A stretch of DNA of 63,909 nt, the filler included, from Craspedostauros australis (Eukaryota): the NCBI GenBank assembly GCA_030167865.1. It is 15 parts of 15 records of this genome, joined end to end, with 100 filler letters (N's around TTAATTAATTAA, not from the genome) between each part and the next. Parts side by side here need not be neighbours in the genome. Positions count along the whole stretch, not along the records: positions 6,465 to 17,620 come from JALAGF010004336.1; positions 17,721 to 20,742 come from JALAGF010004337.1; positions 20,843 to 22,501 come from JALAGF010004340.1; positions 22,602 to 24,492 come from JALAGF010004341.1; 11 more parts are not named here. One strand, 5' to 3'. The notes under the pieces were generated by a model. That model was not told where the DNA came from. It saw only the letters and a list, made by a program, of their open reading frames with translations, and searched no databases. A program made the position numbers and the translations under genes. Below are positions 11,653 to 22,624 of this stretch, piece after piece; the first letter of the stretch is position 1, and every line of letters begins with the position of its first letter.

Positions 11653-12195
11653 ATGACGTCGGACGGCAAGAAGATGTCCTCGCAGATGGAGGCCGTGGTG
11701 CGGCTTCTGTCGGGACAGGAGGAGCGCACCATCGCCCAAAAGCTCGCCGATTCCAACCGCCCCACGTGGGAGCAGTACAAGAAGGACAACGAAGAGAAAT
11801 TGAATCTGGAAGGATTGGATCAGCGCAAGATGGAGGAGTACCGCGCGCAGCTGGACAAGGAGCGAGACACGATCCTGGCACGCGGAAAGAACAACCGCGA
11901 CGACAAGAAAAAGAAGAAGAAAAAGAGAAGGCACGATGACAGCGACTCAGATGACGATAGTCGAAGGCGAAGGAAAAAGAAGAAGAGCAAGAAGAAGCGA
12001 CGCAAGCGAGGTGGCTCGGACGATGACAGCGACTCGGATGACTCGTCGGATAGCGACAGCAGACGACACAAGAAAAAGAAGAAGTCAAAGAAGAAGAAAA
12101 AGAAGAGCAAGAAGAAGAGCGACGGAAACGACAGTGATGACGGCAGTGCCTACCGTCTGTCGAAGTTCTTTGATAGCGGCTCCGATGATGACTAA
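11653..12195 (+). CDS. FAM133-like small nuclear Lys/Ser/Asp-rich protein
   Basis: 'NRPTWEQYK...MEEYRAQLDKERDTILARG' resembles the FAM133 'RPTWEE..K' core, followed by poly-K and DSD tracts. Confidence 0.7.
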   Translation: MTSDGKKMSSQMEAVVRLLSGQEERTIAQKLADSNRPTWEQYKKDNEEKLNLEGLDQRKMEEYRAQLDKERDTILARGKNNRDDKKKKKKKRRHDDSDSDDDSRRRRKKKKSKKKRRKRGGSDDDSDSDDSSDSDSRRHKKKKKSKKKKKKSKKKSDGNDSDDGSAYRLSKFFDSGSDDD

Positions 12196-13246
12196 AGGGC
12201 AGAGCAACGACTGTTCGGGGAAACAAAGTCTGTTAAGAATGTGGATGATGATGGTCCATCCATGGCGCATCGCAGTCGATTCCAGTCCCATAATAGCAAG
12301 CCATATTTGAGACGACGCAACAATCCAGAATACCCTTCCTGTTCTGGCACCAGCTTACATATATTGCATGGAGTATTGCTCTCTCTAGGGGTCGAGTAAA
12401 GCAAATGCGGGGATCCAACGACAACTCCTCCTGCAATATTCGTTGGTTGTTAGAGAGAGTCAAAACAATGAAGCGCGTATGTATTTTGTATTCGTATTTG
12501 TGTTCCTAGAGTACTTTCTCGTAGTTGTATGCTTGAAAGAGGAATGGCAGTTGATCGGCTTGCTTTCCACAACCAGGCACCGCATGGTCGGCATCTTGTT
12601 GTTGTTGATGATGGTGTTGGTGTTGGTATTGCTGGTGTTGCTGGTGTTACTGAAGACGATCATGATGAGCCCCACAACGCGTCCTGTCTGCTTTCTTCGG
12701 CTCTCTGAGGGAGAAAATGTATAATGGTACAATGTATCGCCTGGCCGCATGCCTCACATTGAGTCGTGAGAATCAGTCGTGTGCTGTTTCGTGTTGATTT
12801 GTTAGTCAGAACAGTCGAATCGTACTTGGGCCGCTTGGGGCGAAATGAGACCTCGTCGATGCGAACGACTTAAGATCTGAATTGACACCTACGGTTTTGA
12901 CAGATACCATTGCGCGATACAAGCGCTGAGAGGAGCTAAAATTAGTGTGCAGGGACGTGAGAACTGTTTCCGCGTCGCAGCAGAAGCGCCTCTGGACGAG
13001 AGCTAGTCAGCAAGACCCAAATCATCCACGAAACAAGACCAAAACCAAAATTCGCAACACGAAACAGTGAGTGCTGATTCCACCATCCTTGTTGCCGCCA
13101 TCACCCAGACAACATCACACAAAAAAGCATCAGAGCGGAGACACCATACCTGCCAGCCTGCCACCAGCCTACCGCCCACCTGAGCTTCCTGCCCTCTTGC
13201 TGCATTGCATCGAAAGTAGAGATCCCCACCGTAACCCAGCGACATT

Positions 13247-14479
13247 ATGTGCATCCCATGCTTCTTCACCATCTCCACCTCCGAGGTTGGAGTCATCGAA
13301 CAATGGGGCAAGTTCAGTCGTCTGGCCCGACCAGGCCTGAACTGCGTCATCTGCCCCATGGAGAAGCTGGCTGGCCGTGTCACTTTCCGAGTCATGCAGT
13401 TGGACGTCGTCGTTGAGAGCAAGACGTTGGATGATGTCTTCGTCACCGCCAGGGTCTCCATCCAGTACCAAGTGCTTCCCGAGAGCGTCTTCGAGGCCTT
13501 CTACGCGCTGACGAACCCAGCACAACAGATCACGTAAGTGTCTCTTAGTCTGTTCCTTGCAGGTGATCAATTCCCGCGATCGTATCAAGGGAACATGCTT
13601 ACTAGTATGAGCACCAGCACTCGCACGAGTGCACACGCGCATCAAGGCACAAGACTGCGTGCGTCCTGAGAGAAATGATCACCCAGCGAACATATTCGTA
13701 GCTGCGCGCTTGCGTGTTCGGTGCGACTCTCGCAGCAGAGATTGTTGTTCGTCATTTGATGACACATATTGGCTTGCCTTTGCGCTGCATTGTATTGCAT
13801 TATACTGTACTGCGCTGTGCTGTTTTGCATCGGCATCGCATTTGATGGTGTACTCACCTGCGCCAATTTCCTCATCCCGTCCCAACACGCCCCCGCTACT
13901 CTACTCAACCATACCCCATGCTTCAGTGCTCACGTCTACGATGTGATGCGTGCCAACCTGCCAACGCTGGAGTTGGATTCTGTGTTCGAAGCCAAGGAGG
14001 AGTTGGCCATGAGCGTCAAGAACTCTCTGTCGCAGACCATGAGCGCGTACGGGTATCAGATCCTCCAGACCCTCATCACTGATCTTGATCCGGACCAACG
14101 TGTGAAGAATGCCATGAACGAAATCAACTCCTCGAAGCGTCTCAAGTTCGCCATCGCCGAGAGAGCTGAGGGAGACAAGATCCTGCAGGTCAAGTCAGCA
14201 GAGGCCGAAGCCGAAGCGAAGTACCTCAGCGGAGTTGGTGTTGCCAAGCAGAGAACGGCCATCGTGGACGGTCTCCGCACCAGCATCGTCGACTTTTCAG
14301 ACCACATCGAGGGATCCAGCACCAAGGAGGTCATGGACTTGCTGTTGCTCACGCAGTACTTTGACATGATCCGCGATGTTGGTCACGCCAACCACTGCAA
14401 GACGACCTTCGTGCCATCGTCCAAATCATCCGGGGATGACATCCGAAACTCTCTTCTTCAGGCGGATGCTGCCAAGTAG
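13247..14479 (+). CDS. SPFH/band-7 protein of the hypersensitive-induced response (HIR) type; exons 13247-13533 and 13927-14479 (279 aa)
   Basis: 'VGVIEQWGKF', 'ESKTLDDVFV', 'AHVYDVMRA', 'AMNEIN', 'AEAEAKYLSGVGVAKQRTAIVDGLR', 'LLLTQYFD'. A GTAAGT donor at 13534 and a CAG acceptor at 13926 keep the frame. Confidence 0.92.
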
Positions 14480-15046
14480 AGTCCTCTACTCAGTGCAACA
14501 TGCTTGCCACGCTTGTCATCATCGTAAATGGCATCATGCATATGCAACTGTGTGAATGCGCCGCAAATCAAGTGAAACGTGTGCAGTTGCAAGCCCCAGC
14601 AGTCCAGCGCGGGCTCCAAATCTCCGACAAAATGACACTGGTTTTCTCCACCCACACTAGAACAATATGGAGTATGATGCTGCGCAATGTATTGCTCCAA
14701 TACGCAAACCAAAACAACGCCCTCTATGTCCTTCCTTTCAAATATTATATTAGCATCGACTCGTCCTCATCGTTGAGTTTCTGCAGAGCAGAGTACTGTG
14801 ATAGTCAACGTACCAATAACATGCCAGACCGCCAGACCAATACTTGTACCCACGTTCTACTCTTTGTGCTCCAAGCTTCCTTGAATTCACAGAATCACGG
14901 GCTCTTCTCCGGACTCTCTCACCAGGTAGAAACTGGAATCGCTGCGCTGAGAAGGCAAGAGGACTTCACAAACGAGCACTCTACCACGGATGCATGCTCT
15001 ACGCTGCCGTTCCTCCTGCAGCCGTCTTGTTGCTGGGCGTCCGCTT

Positions 15047-17620
15047 TCATTGACTCTCGTCATCACTGTGGCCGTCGCTGTCGCTATCTCCCAAAGTGAC
15101 GACCTCATCATCAGTCACCTCCATGTTTTCGTCGGCGTCAGCCAGCTTGCCGACAATCTGCTTTCCGCCGACCTGGATGCGACCATCGACGTACTGGTTG
15201 GGCAGGACCAGTTTGGTCGATTTCTCCCACTGTTGCAACGCCTCAGCTTCGCTTCCATCAGTGTGGAGCGGATCGAGCCTGCCCATCGAAGTCAGCGTGA
15301 AGTCAATCAGGTACGTACTCGTGCGAATGCGGTCGAGGCGGTCAAAATGACGCTCGGCATACGGCATGATGCCGGCCAGTATTTCAGGGATGCCTGGATG
15401 GCATGCCAGTCTTTGAACTGAGATCGTCGTTGTGACTGCCTTGACCAACAGCATGGCGACATGTGAATTGCGCGCTCTTGTATTCCATTCGCGGCAGTAC
15501 TTCAGAACCTTCGCTGTTTGCTCCATGCTCCATGACTTGACGTGCGCCTGCAGCACGACAAGCGGATTGTGCTTCTTCTGCAGACTGGACTCGATCAGGG
15601 AGTTGATCACCTTCAGCGCCTGCAACGGTTTGTTGGCTTGCAACGCCAACTTCAGAGCCTTGCCGAATTCCTTGTGGCGCATGTGGTTCGCCAGCTGCTG
15701 TTCCAAAAGGGTGCTCTCCGCCTCCTTCGCCTTGCGATCATCTTCCACGGCCTGGGTGTCGTCCCTCCACAGCAGAATCTTGGAATCAGCTCCACCGCTG
15801 ATTGCCGTGGCGCCATCCTCGCACAGATCCAGCGCCCATACCTTGTTGGAGTGGCCGTCCAGTGTTGTTTCGCACTGGTTGCTGCGAATGGCCCACAGCT
15901 TGATAAGGTCATCGCCACCGGCGGACATCAGCTGGAGTCCTGTGCGGAGGAATCGAAAGCGCAACACGCTGGCAACGTGCCCCTGGAAGGTGCGGACGCA
16001 CGAGTAGTCACCAAGAGACCAAAGCTTGATGGTGCTATCGCCGCTGGATGTCGCGAGGACCCTGTCGATGGGTGAGAATTGGCAATCCCACACACCGCGT
16101 CGGTGACCCTTCAGGGTGGCCCTGAGCTTGAGATCGGTCGCGTTCCACAGCTTCACGGTCTTGTCTTGAGATCCGGCGGCAACGATGGAGTCGTTGGGCG
16201 CGACGGAGACGATGTTGATATCCTTGTCGTGGCCCCTGACGCTTTCAGCCGCGACGAGGTTCGTCGTCTTTGTTACGTCCACCAATTCAGGCGCTCCGGG
16301 GAGATTCCATTTCTTCAGGGTTTTGTCTAGACTTGCGGTGATCGCAAATGCCCCTCCTCCGTTAAGGGTGGCCTTGCCCGTGACTTCGTAGCGGCCTAAT
16401 TTCTGTGACAACCCGCATGCTCCAATGGGCTCCGTGTGTCCGCTGGCCATGGCAACGCACTTCTTGGAATCGACATCCCAGATACGCATTGCCCTGTCCT
16501 TGCCGCAACTTGCAATGAGTCTTCCGCACGGACTGACTGCAACGCACAGAGTTGTTGCCGTGTGGCCATACAGAACATCGCAGGAAAAGTTCTCCAGCTC
16601 AAGGATGCGGATTTGGGGGCTGTTCGTTGCCACGACGATCTTCGTGAGACTGTTCGGGATGACCTTGAGGTCAAGGGTTTCATCATTGTGTCCCACGATG
16701 GTGCGGTCGAGCGTTAGGACCGATGACAGGAATGAAAGGTTGTGCTCTGAGTCCACCACAATGAGTTGGTCATTCTCGTTCCCGTCGCCATCCTCGGCAG
16801 TCGCGAGCGCGTCCTCATTGAATAGCATGCACAGATAACCTCCACGATCTTCTCCAAAGGCCTCCTCCTTGGGCTGCTCCAGGAACAATCGCAGCGTTGG
16901 CGGCCTCGTTGAGCCGATGTGCGTCTTCCACACTCGCACCACGCCTTTGTTTCCTGTTGTGGCGACCATCATCTCGTCGGGAACGCTGTCGGAGATCAAC
17001 GCCATACCTTCCACCTGCTCGTAAACGGGCAACGTTTGGATGCGACGGTACAGTCTCCTCTTGATGTTCGCTTGCTGTTGCTGCTGCTTGGATTTGTGCT
17101 TTTTCCCTCTCGTCTTGCGCTTCTCTTTGGAGGAGGATGCCGATAGATCTTCGACGGTGATGCGCCAGAGGTTGATAACGGCATCTCGACCAGTTGAGAT
17201 GAAGAAGGATGCATTCATCCAATCCATACAAGTGACGGACGTGTCATGATCACGCAGCACGGTGAGATGGTCGGGATCCCTGAGATCGTGTGTCGTGATG
17301 CTGCCATCATCACGCGCAATGGCCACAATCAATTCGCCGGCATCATTCTGCCATTTCAGGGAGGTGACGCTGAGCATGCCACTGCCACCGGTGGATCCAT
17401 CGCCGGCGACGGGGCGGAACACATGCGTGACGAAGGCACCGCGCACATCCCAGATACGAACAGTTCCATCCACGGATCCAGTCGCAAGGAAGACGTTGGA
17501 AGGGTGCAGTTCCATGTGGGTAGCTGGCAAAGTGTGCCCCGACTTTCCCCACGTCTTGCTCAATTCGATCGACACAGATGTCGACGTGGTGTGGACGCGA
17601 TACCTTCGAATGAGCTGATT
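15047..17620 (-). CDS. TBL3: U3 snoRNP WD40 protein UTP13/TBL3, 5'-truncated by gap
   Basis: Multiple WD40 repeats (e.g. 'GHDKDINIVSVAPNDSIVAAGSQDKTVKLW', 'GHRRGVWDCQFSPIDRVLATSSGDSTIKLW') and the Utp13 C-terminal domain 'WNTRARNSHVA...IMPYAERHFDRL'. Confidence 0.9.
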   Translation of the reverse strand, partial: NQLIRRYRVHTTSTSVSIELSKTWGKSGHTLPATHMELHPSNVFLATGSVDGTVRIWDVRGAFVTHVFRPVAGDGSTGGSGMLSVTSLKWQNDAGELIVAIARDDGSITTHDLRDPDHLTVLRDHDTSVTCMDWMNASFFISTGRDAVINLWRITVEDLSASSSKEKRKTRGKKHKSKQQQQQANIKRRLYRRIQTLPVYEQVEGMALISDSVPDEMMVATTGNKGVVRVWKTHIGSTRPPTLRLFLEQPKEEAFGEDRGGYLCMLFNEDALATAEDGDGNENDQLIVVDSEHNLSFLSSVLTLDRTIVGHNDETLDLKVIPNSLTKIVVATNSPQIRILELENFSCDVLYGHTATTLCVAVSPCGRLIASCGKDRAMRIWDVDSKKCVAMASGHTEPIGACGLSQKLGRYEVTGKATLNGGGAFAITASLDKTLKKWNLPGAPELVDVTKTTNLVAAESVRGHDKDINIVSVAPNDSIVAAGSQDKTVKLWNATDLKLRATLKGHRRGVWDCQFSPIDRVLATSSGDSTIKLWSLGDYSCVRTFQGHVASVLRFRFLRTGLQLMSAGGDDLIKLWAIRSNQCETTLDGHSNKVWALDLCEDGATAISGGADSKILLWRDDTQAVEDDRKAKEAESTLLEQQLANHMRHKEFGKALKLALQANKPLQALKVINSLIESSLQKKHNPLVVLQAHVKSWSMEQTAKVLKYCREWNTRARNSHVAMLLVKAVTTTISVQRLACHPGIPEILAGIMPYAERHFDRLDRIRTSTYLIDFTLTSMGRLDPLHTDGSEAEALQQWEKSTKLVLPNQYVDGRIQVGGKQIVGKLADADENMEVTDDEVVTLGDSDSDGHSDDESQ

Positions 17621-17952
17621 NNNNNNNNNNNNNNNNNNNNNNNNNNNNNNNNNNNNNNNNNNNNTTAATTAATTAANNNNNNNNNNNNNNNNNNNNNNNN
17701 NNNNNNNNNNNNNNNNNNNNTGCATCCGGTTCTTCCAAACCGTGCTGGTATCTTGAGCTGGCACCACTTGACTTGTCGCTGATGCTCATGTCATCACTCT
17801 TGTTGTTGGTGATTGTAAATGACGCTGTATATGAAAGAAGTTGACATGTACATGCAAAAAGAGTAGTTAGTGTTTGTTTGCAAGTTCCTATTTGTGTGTT
17901 ACTGCTATGTCATGCAAAGCACAAGTCAATCAGACGGAAGCCAATGGCTGTG

Positions 17953-19104
17953 TTACGCACCTGCTTTCTCCATCATGTTGAAGAACGCATCTTCATCATC
18001 GTTGGTCTCCTCTTCCAGGACGACCTTTCCATGGAAACCCTTGATGGCGACTTTCCAGCTCACCATATTCATCGGGATCATGATGCTCTTCTGGGTCTTT
18101 TGGTGAGTCAGAATCTTGGGGATCGGACGGTACTTCCGAGTCAAGCGCTCTGGCTCGTTGCCAAAGAAGCTGGTGGAGAGCTCCATGCCATCAGGGCAGC
18201 GGAAGTACGTGTACTTCTTCTCGATGCCCCTGCTGATCTCACGGTTGGCGATCTTGTTGAAGGCATTTCTCTCTCTGTCCATGTTCGGATCAACTTCGCC
18301 CTTCTTCAGGGCAAACATGGTCTCCGTGGACTTCTCGAGCATCAGGGCCGGGATGGCAGGCTCTTCGATCTTGATCGACTTGCCATCGTCGCAGAGTGAA
18401 GCCTTCACCTTTGCAACATCATCCTTGTCAAGAACGAACTTGCGAATGACGAGGCAATCGAAGGAGCGGCCGTCCACTACCACATCATCGACACGATAGA
18501 TGATCGTGTTATCCGCGTTTTGGAATGGATGGGAGAGGTTGATGTTGTACTCCATCCCATGGTCCTCGTCGTCGGCATAGTCAGTGTCGTCGTCACTTGC
18601 CTTCGTCATCTTGCTGCCTGTGCTGAAGTTGATCCTTCGTTGGTGTTGTGGCGAAATTGTATTCGTTGCTGTTGACGCTGGCGTAGTGGTCACAACAATG
18701 GGAGGTCTTGATTGCGGGAGAGGTGTTTCGATGAGGGCTTCGTTGTGTTTGTGATCTGCACTGTGATGGGTTGTTGGCGTCGTTTTGTGAGCAGTATTGT
18801 TGCCTGTCAGGCCGAGGGCTGTTCGATGCGTTGCTCGCAGCGCTTTCATGCCAGCCTTGTCCAAGTTGCGCTCGAGGTAGTACTTCCTCTGCCTGCTCGC
18901 TGTGCGCTCCGCAGTGGCAGGTCCGCCAAGGATGTGCTGCTTGCTGTTGCAATACACGCGAAAGCTGTCGAAGCGGCTCGATTCGAGGAGATACTCGAGG
19001 ATGGCCAGATCAACCTCTGGAGCTACCGTTTTGAAGTTTGAACGGTTGGGTGTTGCTTTGCGGGTACCAGCAGAGCGCGGCGTGGGTGAAACAAGATGTG
19101 CCAT
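17953..19104 (-). CDS. Hypothetical 383-aa intronless protein: helical N-terminal domain, disordered linker, beta-rich alpha-crystallin/HSP20-like C-terminal region
   Basis: Long ORF with coding-like composition. 'DDVAKVKASLCDDGKSIKIEEP' resembles the ACD '+.A.+.DG.L.+..P' motif. The family call is tentative. Confidence 0.6.
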   Translation of the reverse strand: MAHLVSPTPRSAGTRKATPNRSNFKTVAPEVDLAILEYLLESSRFDSFRVYCNSKQHILGGPATAERTASRQRKYYLERNLDKAGMKALRATHRTALGLTGNNTAHKTTPTTHHSADHKHNEALIETPLPQSRPPIVVTTTPASTATNTISPQHQRRINFSTGSKMTKASDDDTDYADDEDHGMEYNINLSHPFQNADNTIIYRVDDVVVDGRSFDCLVIRKFVLDKDDVAKVKASLCDDGKSIKIEEPAIPALMLEKSTETMFALKKGEVDPNMDRERNAFNKIANREISRGIEKKYTYFRCPDGMELSTSFFGNEPERLTRKYRPIPKILTHQKTQKSIMIPMNMVSWKVAIKGFHGKVVLEEETNDDEDAFFNMMEKAGA

Positions 19105-19578
19105 TGCGCTGTGGTGAGAATTTGATTTTGCGTGTGCTCGTGAGTGTGTTCGTGAGTGTGGTTTCGGTGCGCGGGCTCTTGTGATTTTGTGGGAGTCGGA
19201 TGTTGTGAGCCTCAGTTTGGCGAACCCCCTCCATTTTCGTCGTCGTCCAAACGTCTACACGATCCACGAAAGAAGCAATTTGCCTTGGCCATCTAGCAAG
19301 ATCAGGAGTAGAACCTACACAAACAGCAACAGTGCCAACCACAATGGTGATCGCACCATCTTTGGGCAAGCAACGGCAACCACCAGATTTAAATCAATCC
19401 TACCATGTGCGAAGAGTCATGGCAAACGGCTATAAACGGAACCAATGGCGCGAAAGTGGATAAGTGCGACGGCAATGGCAAATGCGTAGTATGAGCAAAT
19501 ACGACCGTGCCAATTCGAGTGCCATCTGCGTCGAGGGTAGCACACAATACCTACAACAGAAGGTGCCAGCATAACAAC

Positions 19579-20076
19579 ATGGCAACACCAACACCAAAAA
19601 GCAAAATGAAATGGGCCGATGCCAAAAAGGTGCTGGAGGAGGACCTGAAAATGGGAGCTATCACACCCGGCATGACACCCAAACAAATCTACGAAGGTCG
19701 TGCTGAGTTTGGCAGCATCAACTACGTCAACTTCCGAAACAACTTGAATCGACTTCGGAAGAAATGGAAAAAGTACAAGCAAGATGCGGACGAAGCCGAC
19801 AAAGCGCTCCAAGCGTTTGAACGTATGCACATTACACCACCGCAGACAACGAAGCTGAGATGGGATGGATCGGAAGCACAACGGAAGCTCAAGCAAGATA
19901 TGCAGGATGAGGCATTGAAGAACTATACATCAAGGCAACTTCATGACATGCGAGGGTGCTATCAGGTGTTCCCGATGGATCAATTTCGGAAACACTTTCA
20001 CGCGGCGAAAAGATCAAAGTACGAGTCTTTGTATTGGCAGCAACGCAAGAAGGAGAAGAAGCGATCAAAGAGGTGA
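19579..20076 (+). CDS. Hypothetical basic nuclear protein with two tandem ~50-aa Myb/HTH-like repeats
   Basis: Repeat 1 'KWADAKKVLEEDL...TPKQIYEGRAEF....YVNFRNNL' aligns with repeat 2 'RWDGSEAQRKLKQDM...TSRQLHDMRGCY..FPMDQFRKHF'. C-terminal NLS-like RKKEKKRSKR. Confidence 0.65.
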   Translation: MATPTPKSKMKWADAKKVLEEDLKMGAITPGMTPKQIYEGRAEFGSINYVNFRNNLNRLRKKWKKYKQDADEADKALQAFERMHITPPQTTKLRWDGSEAQRKLKQDMQDEALKNYTSRQLHDMRGCYQVFPMDQFRKHFHAAKRSKYESLYWQQRKKEKKRSKR

Positions 20077-20282
20077 AGCTGATAACGGTGTAGTAGCGAA
20101 ATAGGTTATATCAATCAATGCAGCATCACCCTTTTCACGTAGCTATGTATTTATCTTTTGTTTGATGGTAGAGTGAAGCAGAGGAGAGTACGATGCACCA
20201 CACTCACTCTACAAACCGATAGCACCAGTTGTAGAGTTTTTGGCTCCTCAGTGTGGGATTTTTCGTGTTGCATAGCCTAGCC

Positions 20283-20540
20283 TAGAGCAAAATTGCAATC
20301 CATCCCAAATAATGCTCATGATGCTGTATCGCAACACCACATCACTAATTATTAAAAATAAATATACCATGCGAACGCCTCACTGGCGAAGTACAGGAAT
20401 ACTGAACTTAAATGCAAATTAACTTACAATGTAACATCATTTTGGTGGATAACGTGTGACCGTGTGCTCCGCAAAAACTCTGGATGGTGCCATGCTGCCA
20501 TCACTTCGCCATCCAAGATGATGCCCAAAATCATCTTATT
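20283..20540 (+). repeat. Diverged dispersed repeat, copy A (homologous to 22238-22500)
   Basis: Near-colinear shared blocks: TAGAGCA, CCATCC, TGCTyATGATGCTrTATCkCAACACCAC, ATTAAAA, CGAACGC, TTAAAT, TTTTGG, GATGG..CCATGCTGCC. Confidence 0.7.
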
Positions 20541-20842
20541 TTGTCCACCTGCATGCCTTGTTGTCTCCATCTACTCCATATGTATGCATCCCTGACAGGC
20601 ATGCACGTTTAGATCTCCCTTCAATGCACATCGTCAGCCCATCGCTGAAAGGCATCATTTTTGGAAATGAAGGATGGGTCGGAGGCAGCTGCTTCATCTG
20701 ACCATATCTCCCACTCACAACCATCTCTGTTCCCCCATGCAGNNNNNNNNNNNNNNNNNNNNNNNNNNNNNNNNNNNNNNNNNNNNTTAATTAATTAANN
20801 NNNNNNNNNNNNNNNNNNNNNNNNNNNNNNNNNNNNNNNNNN

Positions 20843-21384
20843 GTGAAGTACGACAACGAGAAGACCATCTTTATCAACGCCAAGCTACAGACAAGTAACG
20901 GTCGCGTGTACGGAGTCGGAGACTGCTGCTCCGACTTCATGTCCCGCGCCGTCATCCACAACCCCCTGTTCTTGGGCAAGGAGAAGATGTCCAAGCTGCT
21001 GATTCCGTACACCACATTCACAAGCCAAGAGATCGCGAGCATCGGGCTGTATGGCAAGGATCTGGATGAGCGTGAGATTCCGTGCACCCATCATTGAGAA
21101 GCACTTCAAGGACAACGATTGGGCCATTCTGGATGGCAAGACGAGTCGACAGCAAGGGCATGATCCTCGGTATCTCCGTTGTGGGAGAAGGTGCTGGCAA
21201 CATGATCTCCGAAGTCACGCTGGCCATTCAATCTGGCACAAGCATCACCGCGCTATCCGCCGTCATCCATCCTTGTCCGATGACGGCAGAAGTCCTGCGA
21301 CAGCCGGGAGACGTCTTCAACAAGGCTCGACTCACGACAACTGTAAAGAAGCTGCTACGCGGTATCGTGAAGCTACAATTCTAA
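20843..21384 (+). pseudogene. 3' end of the flavoprotein disulfide reductase pseudogene (same sequence as the 3' part of the copies at 22625 and 24616), with its 3' flank
   Basis: Identical translated ORFs to the reverse-strand copies; frameshift at 'IPCTHH*' versus 'IIEKHFKDND'. Confidence 0.8.
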
Positions 21385-22237
21385 TTGTGGAAATAGGTAG
21401 AATGGAACGAAATGAATGAATGTATGAATACTTGCATTACAATATGCATGGATGCAAGAATCAAGGAGCAGTTTGGTGTGACCATCTTCAAATAATCCTC
21501 GAAACGTTCAACCTTTCTGTGTATTATCCCTCCAATCCACGCAATGGTCTGCCGCACCATTCCCATGGCCACGACGTGTGCTCCCACTAGCGATCGTGAT
21601 CTTCGTGCATGTAGCTGTGCGCCGGAGGGTGATCTCTGAGTGAACAGGGGGTCCTCACGGTATCAGAAGTTGTGCTGAAAGCCATCTCTAGCTCATCTCA
21701 CCGCATCGAAGTCTTGTGCGCATACGCGGAAGATGGAACATGAACAGAAATAGAATGGGCGAAAGTTCGAAGGGGAGACCTTTGCGACCAGGGTTCTCGA
21801 AGACTTGTGTTGGTATCCGTGCACTCCATGGAAGAATGTACTTACGTGCAGTAGGTCGTACAATAATACTCTGGAGAGTAGCAGTGCATGAGTACCGACT
21901 CTGCGGTTGCTTTGGGAGAGGGTGATGGGATGCTTTTGGGAGAGGGTGATGGGATGCTTTGGACATAAAGTACGTGACTGTCTGTTGTGTGTCTGTCTGT
22001 TTGTACCTTTGTGCATGTTGTTGTTCGGATGTTTGTATCTGTCTGCCTATCAATCAATGATGCCTTGGGGATGTGGTGTCCAAACAGGACAACTGCGGCC
22101 CAAAACAGACAAGAGTCGTCGCAGAGTACTTCAGTCGACCAAGAGTATCATACGACCTGCAGAGAATGTAAAATGGGTCGCGATAGCACTAGTTGTGGAG
22201 TTTTACTCGTGATGAGTCGTGATAAAGTAGACTAAAA

Positions 22238-22500
22238 TAGAGCACACCCAAAACCATCCAAACAACTGCTTATGATGCTATATCTCAACACCACACCATT
22301 TAAAATTAAAACTAGACAGTGCATTCGAACGCTTGGCTATCAGTGATTCTGAATATCGAAGTTAAATTTGTATGAACTTTATTTTTAATGTCGTTTTGGC
22401 TTGCTGTCTGTCAGGTGGTGGGTGCGAAAAATTCTCGATGGCACCATGCTGCCCTACCTTCACCACCCATGATCATCATTATCATCCCTGGCATTTTCAC
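22238..22500 (+). repeat. Diverged dispersed repeat, copy B
   Basis: Same shared blocks as copy A; runs into the contig end. Confidence 0.7.
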
Positions 22501-22624
22501 ANNNNNNNNNNNNNNNNNNNNNNNNNNNNNNNNNNNNNNNNNNNNTTAATTAATTAANNNNNNNNNNNNNNNNNNNNNNNNNNNNNNNNNNNNNNNNNNN
22601 NTTCCATTCTACCTATTTCCACAA

